Shown: piece by piece, positions 56,266 through 64,000 of the stretch | Layout: every line of letters starts with the position of its first letter | Position numbering within the stretch: position 1 is the first letter of the stretch | Assembly: GCA_947176385.1 (NCBI GenBank) | Contig: CAMWQN010000001.1 | Span: 27,733-91,732 of the forward strand | Length of the DNA stretch: 64,000 nucleotides | Source: an uncultured Rickettsiales bacterium | GTDB taxonomy: Bacteria > Pseudomonadota > Alphaproteobacteria > Rs-D84 | Direction: 5' to 3' | Translations under genes and position numbers: made by a program | The notes under the pieces: model-generated | The model's database searches: none | Seen by the model: the letters and a program-made list of their open reading frames with translations, nothing else | Told to the model about the DNA's origin: nothing

Positions 56266-57216
56266 TTATTCCCCCCTGAATAATTCTAAAACCTTGGCAC
56301 GTACATTTTCCAAACTGTCTGCGACAACCGCACCGGCGGCACACAAATGACCACCACCACCAAGTGCCGCGGCAATATGATTTATCGGCTTGCCACGACT
56401 GCGAATTGAAACACCGATCTGATTTTCCTTTTGATGCTTTAACAAAACGATAAAATCCACACCACGAATTTGTCCCAGCATACTTAAAATCATTTCGCCC
56501 CGACCATCCAGATATTTATAACTTTTGTGTGGGACCGTTGCCAGCGCCAGTCGGTGATGATAAAAGAATTCTGTGTTTGCAACAACATCAGCCTCGGTCA
56601 ATACATTTTTACGATCTTTGTTATTCATTGCCTCCATCAACGGGCGTATTTTTACCCCATTGTCAACCAAGTCAGCCATTATCCGCAATGGTTCCGCATT
56701 TGTAATGTACTTTAAATGCCCTGTGTCAGTAAGCAACGCAACCGCCAACAGATTCAAGACATCTATGTCATATTGCCATTTTTCTGCAACCATCATTCTG
56801 TACAGAATTTGTCCTGTTGCTGCTGCTGTATCATCATCAATGCATAAATTGCCGATTGGCTCATCATTTTTATGATGATCAATTTCAATCACAAACTTAG
56901 CCTTTTCTGCAATTGCCAGTGGTCCACCAATATTTTTCGCAACACCATAATCCAAAACAATTGCTACATCAAATGGCTCTGATGCATCAACATTACCAAA
57001 GAATCTGATGCGCGAACGCAATGGCATGTTCGCCAAACTGTCTGGCAAGTTTCCATCATACATACATACAGGACGCGCGCCATAATTCAATTCCAGCAAT
57101 CGTCCCAACGCCAGCACAGAACACATTGCATCCCCATCCAAGTTTTTATGGGCAAAAATTGCAATTGTTTTTGCACTGCGTATTTTTTCATCAAAATTTT
57201 TTAACTTTTCCTGCAT
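56266..57216 (-). CDS. DHH/DHHA1-family phosphoesterase (NrnA-like oligoribonuclease / pAp phosphatase)
   Basis: HKNLDGDAMCS, the DHH motif (IDHH) and a DHHA1 C-terminal region with GGGH. Confidence 0.65.
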   Translation of the reverse strand: MQEKLKNFDEKIRSAKTIAIFAHKNLDGDAMCSVLALGRLLELNYGARPVCMYDGNLPDSLANMPLRSRIRFFGNVDASEPFDVAIVLDYGVAKNIGGPLAIAEKAKFVIEIDHHKNDEPIGNLCIDDDTAAATGQILYRMMVAEKWQYDIDVLNLLAVALLTDTGHLKYITNAEPLRIMADLVDNGVKIRPLMEAMNNKDRKNVLTEADVVANTEFFYHHRLALATVPHKSYKYLDGRGEMILSMLGQIRGVDFIVLLKHQKENQIGVSIRSRGKPINHIAAALGGGGHLCAAGAVVADSLENVRAKVLELFRGE

Positions 57217-57224
57217 ACATATTC

Positions 57225-58988
57225 CTATATGGCAATGTCTTCGACAAAGAACTGTGCGCTGACCCGTCCATTATATTCATTCTCTTTCAAGCGCCCTAAT
57301 AACATTATTTTAGTATTTGTATTCGCATCGTCTAGCAAAAAATCACCGACTGGGGTTCCAACCAAATTAAAACCAACAAATGCCAGTTGTGTACCAGCAC
57401 TGGTTGTAACTGTCCCACGCAGATGGGTTGCCCCCTTGCCCATTACAACAGCATGGCGCAGCCGCGCACCTTGTAAAACCAATGTTGGTTCGGGATTCCC
57501 CTGCCCGAATGGTTCCAATGCATCCAATTGATGTATCAATCCAATTGTCGCCCCCGCCGCATCAATTTCAGCATCAACCGTAACTGATGGGATTATTGTC
57601 GCACCATCTAACTGGGCGGCAACTGCTGCTTCTAAAAATTCACAGAATTTCTTTTCATTTTCTGCCGGCAATGAAAAGCCCGCAGCGGCAGCATGACCGC
57701 CACCTTCGGATATAACACCCGCTGCCAGCGCATCATGTATAATTTTTCCCAAATCTACATTTGATGTCGAACGTCCTGACCCATTTATTACGCCATCACA
57801 ACGCGTTGCAACACATGTCGGCATGTTATATTTATCTTTCAGACGCCCAGCAATAATCCCCATGACCCCGCCATGCCAGTTATCACCACAGACAAACAAG
57901 CTGACGCATCCTGCGGCACAATGTTGTTCTGCCTGATCACTTGCATCCAACATAATCGCATTTTGAATATCAATTCTTTCCTGGTTCATTGTATGCAACC
58001 GTGCTGCCAAATCATTGGCAATCAATGGATTATCCGTCAGCAATAATTCCAACGCAGGTGCTGCAGAATCCAAGCGTCCTGCCGCATTTAACCGTGGTCC
58101 CAATGCAAATCCTGCGGCATAAACAGACGGCTTTTTAATACCTGCAATGTCCATAAGCGTACGTAACCCTAAATTATTACGCAGCCCTAAAACCTTTAAC
58201 CCAGTTGCAACCAATGCACGATTTAACCCGACCAACGGCATAGTGTCACATATCGTCCCCAGTGCAACCAAGTCCAGATAATTTAATAAATTTACATCTG
58301 CCAGGTGTGATTTTAATTCACCATTTGCACGATTTTTCAATTCACGATGGACAGCCACCAATGTCAAGAATGCAACCCCGACCCCAGCCAGGTAAGACAT
58401 TTCAGATGTATCATCAGTGCGCTTGGGATTTACAACCGCCGCAGCATCTGGCAGTACAGCATCTGGCGAATGGTGATCTGTAACAACAACACGCATTCCA
58501 AGGCTGTTGGCATGTTCAATTTCTGCATTACCGCTGATACCACAATCAACCGTTATCATTAATTTGACGCCACTATTTGCAATATCATCAACCGCAGCAA
58601 TATTTAATCCATATCCTTCGCCTTCGCGGGTTGGCAAATGCCACATAACATCCGCACCCAACGCACGCAGATACTTTATAAAAATCGCGGTTGACGTAAT
58701 TCCATCAACGTCATAGTCACCATAAATTGCAATTTTATCCCCTGCAATAACCGCATCTGCAATCACGCGCGCCGCATTATCCATATCAACCAAGACCGAT
58801 GGGTCTGGCATATATTCTTTGATACTGGGGTTTAAAAACTTTTGAATTGCCGCATCGTCGCAAATGCCTCTCCCACTCAAAATCCGATGTAACAAATCAT
58901 CATTTGGTCCTGAAAAACTATCTGCATCACAATACGTTGCCAATGTCCATGCCTGTCCCAGCATGGATTTTTCTACTATCTGTTTCAC
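57225..58988 (-). CDS. recJ: single-stranded-DNA-specific exonuclease RecJ
   Basis: DHH motifs (IYGDYDVDGITS, DHH) and a DHHA1 domain (GGGHAAAAG); 587 aa. Confidence 0.85.
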   Translation of the reverse strand: MKQIVEKSMLGQAWTLATYCDADSFSGPNDDLLHRILSGRGICDDAAIQKFLNPSIKEYMPDPSVLVDMDNAARVIADAVIAGDKIAIYGDYDVDGITSTAIFIKYLRALGADVMWHLPTREGEGYGLNIAAVDDIANSGVKLMITVDCGISGNAEIEHANSLGMRVVVTDHHSPDAVLPDAAAVVNPKRTDDTSEMSYLAGVGVAFLTLVAVHRELKNRANGELKSHLADVNLLNYLDLVALGTICDTMPLVGLNRALVATGLKVLGLRNNLGLRTLMDIAGIKKPSVYAAGFALGPRLNAAGRLDSAAPALELLLTDNPLIANDLAARLHTMNQERIDIQNAIMLDASDQAEQHCAAGCVSLFVCGDNWHGGVMGIIAGRLKDKYNMPTCVATRCDGVINGSGRSTSNVDLGKIIHDALAAGVISEGGGHAAAAGFSLPAENEKKFCEFLEAAVAAQLDGATIIPSVTVDAEIDAAGATIGLIHQLDALEPFGQGNPEPTLVLQGARLRHAVVMGKGATHLRGTVTTSAGTQLAFVGFNLVGTPVGDFLLDDANTNTKIMLLGRLKENEYNGRVSAQFFVEDIAI

Positions 58989-59029
58989 GCTACACTCTTT
59001 TTTATTGTCACGTGTATTATAATCGAAAT

Positions 59030-60655
59030 TTATTCAAATAGCAACGGCAGTATGCTGTCCAAAATTTTTCCTGCTGTTGGCACAGCATTCCAGGCGGCTG
59101 TTTTCCAACCAAAAGATTCCTTGGTACCGCTGGGCTCATCCAATACGACCATCAGTGTGTATTGTGGTGCCTCTGCCGGAAAGATACCTACAAAAACAGT
59201 AATGTTTTTATTGTGAACAATTTTTCCATTTACATATTTTTCCGCGGTTCCTGTTTTACCACCAATTGTAATTCCTGCGACACGCGCCTTTTTTCCACTG
59301 GTTTCTTCGGCGACGCGCACCATTATTTTACGCAATCGCGCAGATATTTCCGTATCCAATACGCGTTCACCACGCACAGCCCCCACCCCACGCTTTTGCA
59401 ATGTTGGATAGATATAAACACCACCATTTATTACAGAATTTATCCCAATCAACACATGCATTGGCGTTGCTGCAATTCCATGACCGTATGACACCGTCGC
59501 CTTTTCAACAGGTCCCCATTTCGCTGGCATCAATGGACGTTCGGTTTTACCAAATTCTAAATCCAATACCTGATCCATATGCAGACGATGCAAAAATTCC
59601 CTTTGTGTACCTTCTGGGAAATCCAATGCGATTTGTGCACTGCCAACATTACATGAATGAACCATAATTTCTTCAACTGTCAAATATGGGCGTGGCGGTC
59701 TGAAACTGGATACGTCCGTCACAGCCTTGGCAACACGTCCAAATTTATCCAATATTTTATATGGTTTGGCGATATAGTATTCTTTATCTATGCCATTTTC
59801 AAACGCCATTGCTGTATTAAATACCTTGAACACAGATCCCATTTCAAATACGCCACGAACAGGTTTAAACAACCGATTCGCAACTGGGTCAGCGCTACGA
59901 TTTTCAGGATCAAAATCAGGCAACGACACCATCGCAATCATTTCACCGGTACGTGAATTCATTAACATTCCCATTGCGCCCTTGGTCTGATATTTTTGCA
60001 TCGCAGCAGATAATTGGTCATAGAACACTGCCTGGATACGCGCGTCCAATGACAATTGCAACGCATCTGTATTTTGGGTCAAATAATCATCATATATGCG
60101 TTCTGCCCCTTCCAGTCCGTGTCCATCCGCACCAACAAAGCCCACAGCATGCGAAAACAGACGACGTTTTGGATAACGACGGGTCTGAACATTTTCGATA
60201 TCCAACCCACGCAGACGCGCGTTTGTAACCGCATTACGTGCCGCATCAGATGCATACTTTTTGATATATATAAATGACCGATTCGAATTTACTAACTTCA
60301 ACGCATCCGCCAAAGAATATTCATACGGTAACACCTGATGTATCAGGTTTGCCACCGCATCCCTATCTTTGACCTGACGTGGGCGCAATGTTATATGCCC
60401 AGACATAACATTTTTCGCCAATATATCACCATTTCGGTCAACAATATCTGCACGTGACACCGCCCAGACACCATCACCACGCCCCATGCGGGAACGATCT
60501 GTTCCCTGAATACCTAATTGTAAAGTACGCGCTGCAAATATAACAAATGCACAACAAAACAATCCGTATATTATACGCAAACGCTTATGCCCAGTTGCAT
60601 TTCCTGGGGCACCAGTAAAACCACGTTTAAAAATATCGCTTCCTATATCCAGCAT
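59030..60655 (-). CDS. ftsI: peptidoglycan D,D-transpeptidase (class B PBP, FtsI-like)
   Basis: N-terminal TM helix and a PBP dimerisation domain. Transpeptidase motifs SxxK (SVFK), SxN and KTG (GKTGT). Immediately downstream of the ftsL-like gene. Confidence 0.8.
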   Translation of the reverse strand: MLDIGSDIFKRGFTGAPGNATGHKRLRIIYGLFCCAFVIFAARTLQLGIQGTDRSRMGRGDGVWAVSRADIVDRNGDILAKNVMSGHITLRPRQVKDRDAVANLIHQVLPYEYSLADALKLVNSNRSFIYIKKYASDAARNAVTNARLRGLDIENVQTRRYPKRRLFSHAVGFVGADGHGLEGAERIYDDYLTQNTDALQLSLDARIQAVFYDQLSAAMQKYQTKGAMGMLMNSRTGEMIAMVSLPDFDPENRSADPVANRLFKPVRGVFEMGSVFKVFNTAMAFENGIDKEYYIAKPYKILDKFGRVAKAVTDVSSFRPPRPYLTVEEIMVHSCNVGSAQIALDFPEGTQREFLHRLHMDQVLDLEFGKTERPLMPAKWGPVEKATVSYGHGIAATPMHVLIGINSVINGGVYIYPTLQKRGVGAVRGERVLDTEISARLRKIMVRVAEETSGKKARVAGITIGGKTGTAEKYVNGKIVHNKNITVFVGIFPAEAPQYTLMVVLDEPSGTKESFGWKTAAWNAVPTAGKILDSILPLLFE

Positions 60656-60658
60656 TTA

Positions 60659-60958
60659 TTAACGCACACCCCGTGGCTGTAATTGGTCAATTTGAACAGA
60701 TTTATGAAAACTGATTACTTCGGATTTTGGTGCAACACTGACAACCAAATTACGCAGTATTTCAGGACGAACATATGATGCAAAATTTGCCTGACGTGCA
60801 GCAATTTCCTGCTGAGTACGAACCGTTTCTGTGCGAATACGCGCACGCGCCCTGTCCTGTGTACGATAACATACCTGCAACCCCACCGTCAGCAACAACA
60901 CACTGCCAACCATCCACAGGCTGATTTGAAACATTTTTTCATCTTCGTTCATTACCAC
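60659..60958 (-). CDS. ftsL: cell division protein FtsL-like (small bitopic membrane protein)
   Basis: 99 aa with a single TM helix then a short coiled periplasmic tail; positioned directly upstream of ftsI. Confidence 0.45.
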   Translation of the reverse strand: MVMNEDEKMFQISLWMVGSVLLLTVGLQVCYRTQDRARARIRTETVRTQQEIAARQANFASYVRPEILRNLVVSVAPKSEVISFHKSVQIDQLQPRGVR

Positions 60959-60980
60959 ATTCCCCGTGACATATATTTTA

Positions 60981-61343
60981 TCATAAATTTTGCAAAAAAC
61001 GAATCATAGAATTAACGCCATTTAAACGCCCTGCCCCCAGATTTAAATTTAAATCTGCGAACATTTGATTTAAATCCATTGCACGGATTTCGTCCGCCGT
61101 TTTACCATCAACCGCCGATATCAAAATCGCAACAATCCCCCGCACCAGCGCAGAATCTGCAACGGCAAAGAAATTGTTGCCCGCGCGACAAATCTGAACG
61201 CTTGATGCACATCCAACAATATCATGGCAAACCGCCCCTTGTGGGACTGGCTGCAACGCGCGACCAATATCCATAACCATTTCCAATTTATCAACTGGGT
61301 CAGGCAACATTTCTAAATTATTTTTTATATCCTGATACGTCAT
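60981..61343 (-). CDS. sufE: cysteine desulfuration protein SufE
   Basis: Conserved active-site region IVGCASSVQ and the ADSALVRGIVAIL...GLN.MI pattern. Confidence 0.7.
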   Translation of the reverse strand: MTYQDIKNNLEMLPDPVDKLEMVMDIGRALQPVPQGAVCHDIVGCASSVQICRAGNNFFAVADSALVRGIVAILISAVDGKTADEIRAMDLNQMFADLNLNLGAGRLNGVNSMIRFLQNL

Positions 61344-61346
61344 ACG

Positions 61347-61661
61347 TTACCATCCTTGGGATGTTAAATCTAAATCCAACCGCGCCGCATCTGACATGCG
61401 TGATAAATCCCAGGCAGGTTCCCACACTAAATCGACACGCACTGGCATTGGCTGCACAACAGCGGCAACAACAGATTTAACCTGTTCTAATAATTCTTCC
61501 ATCATTGGACATGTCGGACTGGTAAAAGTCATCGTTATAACGACATTATCCGTATTTATTGCGATATCATATATCAAGCCTAAGTCCCATATATTAACTG
61601 GGATTTCTGGGTCATATACGGTCTGCAATGCAGATATAATATCCTGTTTATCAAATGCCAT
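61347..61661 (-). CDS. DUF59/MIP18-family Fe-S assembly protein (SufT-like)
   Basis: 104 aa; YDPEIPVNIWDLGLIY...TFTSPTCP is the DUF59 signature. Confidence 0.6.
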   Translation of the reverse strand: MAFDKQDIISALQTVYDPEIPVNIWDLGLIYDIAINTDNVVITMTFTSPTCPMMEELLEQVKSVVAAVVQPMPVRVDLVWEPAWDLSRMSDAARLDLDLTSQGW

Positions 61662-61662
61662 T

Positions 61663-62772
61663 TTATTTCACCACGCTTTTTATAATATCAACCACCTGGT
61701 GCATTTCATCCATTGTGTTCCACGCCCCCGGTGACAGACGAATTGAGCCCGGCACACCCAACAGGCGATGTATCCATGTTGCACACATATTCCCCACCCG
61801 CAGGCATACACCACGCGCACCGACCAATGCGCCAAAGTCCAACACATGCATACCATCAACAACAAAAGTTAACATACATGCATCACGCCCTGTCAGTATT
61901 TTTATGCGCGACATTTTGCTTAATTCATCATACAAAAATTGTATTAATTTCGAATCGGGACGATTATGTGATAAATAATCAATCGCCGGGACAAGTCCTG
62001 CAATCTGTGTCAGTGGTAATGTCCCTGCCTCGAACTTATCAGGGGCAGCATTTGGAATAATTTTATCCCCATCAACACGCAGCACCATTCCACCACCAAA
62101 CACATCTGGCTGTAACGATGCACTGTTGCGAATATACATTACACCAATACCGGTATCAGCCCCCATTTTATGTCCCGAAAAACACATAAAATCACATCCC
62201 CATGCTTTGACATCAATGTCATCATGTGCAACATATTGCGCTGAATCAACAATGGTAACAACATTTGGATTTTTTTCACGCGCCGCACGAATTATCGCCG
62301 CAACATCTTGGGGTACCCCCATTACATTTGACATTGCTGTTATAACCATAATGTCCGAATATGGAACACGTGCAACATCAATATTAAAATCTGCATCCAG
62401 TGGCGCAACAACGATTTCTGCTGCACCATTTGCTGCCAAATTTTGCCATGGCAATCGTGCACTGTGATGATCCAGATCCGACACACATACCACAGGTCGC
62501 GCGACACGCACCATCTGACGCGACAAATCCACAACACGATTTAATCCATCGGTCGCCCCAGACGTAAAAACAATCTGGGTGGCATCTGCATTTATAAACG
62601 CTGCAACACTGTTACGTGCCTGCATAACCATATCATCCGCTGCCACTGCACGGGCGCACACGCCACGACCAGCGTTAGCATATCCGTCACGTAAAAAACG
62701 CATTTCGGCATCAATAACAGACGCCGGTTTCAGACTGCTGGCAGCAGCATCTAAGTATATGATTTTATTCAT
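61663..62772 (-). CDS. sufS: cysteine desulfurase (SufS/NifS family, PLP-dependent)
   Basis: Start at MNKIIYLDAAASS. PLP-lysine region SGHKMGADTGIGV and the C-terminal RxGxxCA-like active-site loop RVGNMCATW. Confidence 0.8.
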   Translation of the reverse strand: MNKIIYLDAAASSLKPASVIDAEMRFLRDGYANAGRGVCARAVAADDMVMQARNSVAAFINADATQIVFTSGATDGLNRVVDLSRQMVRVARPVVCVSDLDHHSARLPWQNLAANGAAEIVVAPLDADFNIDVARVPYSDIMVITAMSNVMGVPQDVAAIIRAAREKNPNVVTIVDSAQYVAHDDIDVKAWGCDFMCFSGHKMGADTGIGVMYIRNSASLQPDVFGGGMVLRVDGDKIIPNAAPDKFEAGTLPLTQIAGLVPAIDYLSHNRPDSKLIQFLYDELSKMSRIKILTGRDACMLTFVVDGMHVLDFGALVGARGVCLRVGNMCATWIHRLLGVPGSIRLSPGAWNTMDEMHQVVDIIKSVVK

Positions 62773-62847
62773 TTTATGTTTTCTCTTGCTTTTTAAGACG
62801 ATTATAATACACTCGTAAAAAATATCAACCAATGGAAGGAGAAAAAG

Positions 62848-63165
62848 ATGGCAATAGAACATGCAAATGACACAACTTTATCATCAATGATTTCTGGTGG
62901 CATAACACTGGTCGATTTCTGGGCGACTTGGTGTGGTCCATGCCGTATGTTTGGTCCAATATTTGAACAGGTATCAAACCAGGTATCAGACGTAAAATTT
63001 GTAAAATTTGAAATTGACGAAGCAAATCGTCGTATGCCTGCACAATATGGCATTCGCAGCATCCCAAGCGTTTTGGCATTCAAGAACGGCGAATTGGTTG
63101 AAGCACGCGCGGGTCTAATGGACGAGGACACATTGATACAATGGATAAATGAATTAAAGGGCTAA
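62848..63165 (+). CDS. trxA: thioredoxin
   Basis: 105 aa with the WCGPC active site. Confidence 0.9.
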   Translation: MAIEHANDTTLSSMISGGITLVDFWATWCGPCRMFGPIFEQVSNQVSDVKFVKFEIDEANRRMPAQYGIRSIPSVLAFKNGELVEARAGLMDEDTLIQWINELKG

Positions 63166-63168
63166 TAA

Positions 63169-63597
63169 ATGGCAACAGAAAATTATAAAACAATTGAACT
63201 GGCACCAAAATACGTACCAAAAAAATCAGAACCGTATATGTGCCCACAGCACAAGGCTTACTTTTATCAATTGTTAACCGCACAGAAAGACGAACTAGCA
63301 AATGATAGTCGTGATGTATTAAATGCGGTACGTCTGGCAGAAAGAAATGATGCTGGTGGTGTTGGTGACGATTCGGATAACGCAGTCCTGGAACAGGAAA
63401 TGACAATGAATCTGCGTATGTCACAACGTGATAATAATTTAATGCGTAAAATTGAAGGCGCATTGGAACGTCTGGAAAATGGGACATTTGGATACAGTGT
63501 TGTATCCGGCGAAGAAATCGGTCTGCAACGTATGTTGGCACGCCCATTGGCAACCATGACAGTTGAAGAACAAGAAGAATATGAACAACGCAAATAA
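63169..63597 (+). CDS. dksA: RNA polymerase-binding transcription factor DksA (Cys-free C-terminal variant)
   Basis: Coiled-coil with a DxxDxA tip (GDDSDNAV). The C-terminal ENGTFGYSVVSGEEIG...MTVEE aligns to canonical ENGTYGICEECGEPIG...LCIEC with all four Zn-ligand Cys replaced. Confidence 0.7.
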   Translation: MATENYKTIELAPKYVPKKSEPYMCPQHKAYFYQLLTAQKDELANDSRDVLNAVRLAERNDAGGVGDDSDNAVLEQEMTMNLRMSQRDNNLMRKIEGALERLENGTFGYSVVSGEEIGLQRMLARPLATMTVEEQEEYEQRK

Positions 63598-63612
63598 ATC
63601 AACACTGCGTCA

Positions 63613-63641
63613 TAAAAAACACCCGACATTCGGGTGTTTTT
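63613..63641. terminator. bidirectional rho-independent terminator between dksA and tatA
   Basis: aaaaaacacccgacattcgggtgtttttt. Confidence 0.75.
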
Positions 63642-63664
63642 TAATACATAAATCACAAACTATT

Positions 63665-63928
63665 TTATTTTTTTGTGACCGATTTTTTTGTTTTTGCCTT
63701 TTTAGCGACTGCCTTTTTCGGTGCGGATTTTTTTGCCGTTGCCTTTTTTACAGTTGCTTTTTTAGATGCAGATTCTTTTTCAGACTCGGTATCTTTCATT
63801 TCTTTTTTAAATACCTTGACCCCATCTGCCAGGTTTTTCATCATCCCTGGAATCTTGGCATGTCCGAACAGAACAACAACCAATAATACGATTATTAAAA
63901 TTTCCCACGCGCCAAAACGTCCAAACAT
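63665..63928 (-). CDS. tatA: twin-arginine translocase subunit TatA
   Basis: MFGRFGAWEILIIVLLVVVLFGHAKIPGMMKNLADGVKVFKK: a TM helix plus an amphipathic helix with FG/FK hinge motifs, then a Lys/Ala-rich tail. Confidence 0.75.
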   Translation of the reverse strand: MFGRFGAWEILIIVLLVVVLFGHAKIPGMMKNLADGVKVFKKEMKDTESEKESASKKATVKKATAKKSAPKKAVAKKAKTKKSVTKK

Positions 63929-64000
63929 TTTTGAATCCCTTTGTTATAAATTATTTTGCAACATAACAATCCAAACCATCAGATTTTGCATTACGGCAGA

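Noticed and set aside
1-64000. CRISPR arrays, insertion sequences or transposases, and restriction-modification or other defence genes
   Set aside because: Visual scan found no regularly spaced direct repeats, no transposase, integrase or recombinase ORFs, and no methyltransferase, helicase or nuclease clusters. The only repeats are the palindromic elements and the tRNA-end duplication reported above.

Overview
This 64 kb window is a low-GC, gene-dense bacterial chromosomal segment (about 70 CDS and 2 tRNAs). Most of it is housekeeping. Cell envelope and division genes include pal, tolB, ftsEX, ftsL-ftsI, lolA, tatA and tatB-tatC, plsC, plsY, pgsA and a LysM/M23 peptidase. Replication and repair genes include dnaA, dnaN, dprA, parE, uvrC, recJ and ruvX. 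Translation and other genes include efp, rpsT, gatC-gatA-gatB, miaB, rluC-like, ppa, fba, dnaJ, trxA and dksA. The suf Fe-S genes are split: sufB-sufC sit near 38-40 kb and sufS, a DUF59 gene and sufE near 61-63 kb. The gene content (GatCAB, a VirB2-like pilin, a Sca-like autotransporter, a small FtsL, a Cys-free DksA) suggests an alphaproteobacterial, possibly Rickettsiales- or Holosporales-like, host-associated organism; this is inference only. No CRISPR array, transposase, integrase or clear prophage was found. The accessory content is: (1) at the window start, a tandem array of paralogous secreted Ala/Thr/Asp-rich surface proteins plus a collagen-like, tail-fibre-like protein, with two of the genes carrying near-identical promoter elements; (2) two large Cys-rich secreted proteins flanking dnaA that share a conserved C-terminal glycine-zipper-like module, with a third Gly-zipper protein nearby; (3) scattered pilus and secretion parts, namely a lipoprotein secretin with a TcpQ-domain partner, a separate prepilin-type pilin and a stand-alone VirB2-like T4SS pilin; (4) nested palindromic repeat elements in the efp 3' region and an inverted-repeat-flanked structured element upstream of the secretin pair; (5) a 17-nt direct repeat of the tRNA-Lys 3' end, a possible att scar; (6) a membrane-anchored c-di-AMP cyclase CdaA; and (7) an ORF inserted between gatC and gatA and an antisense tRNA-Phe inserted between gatA and gatB.
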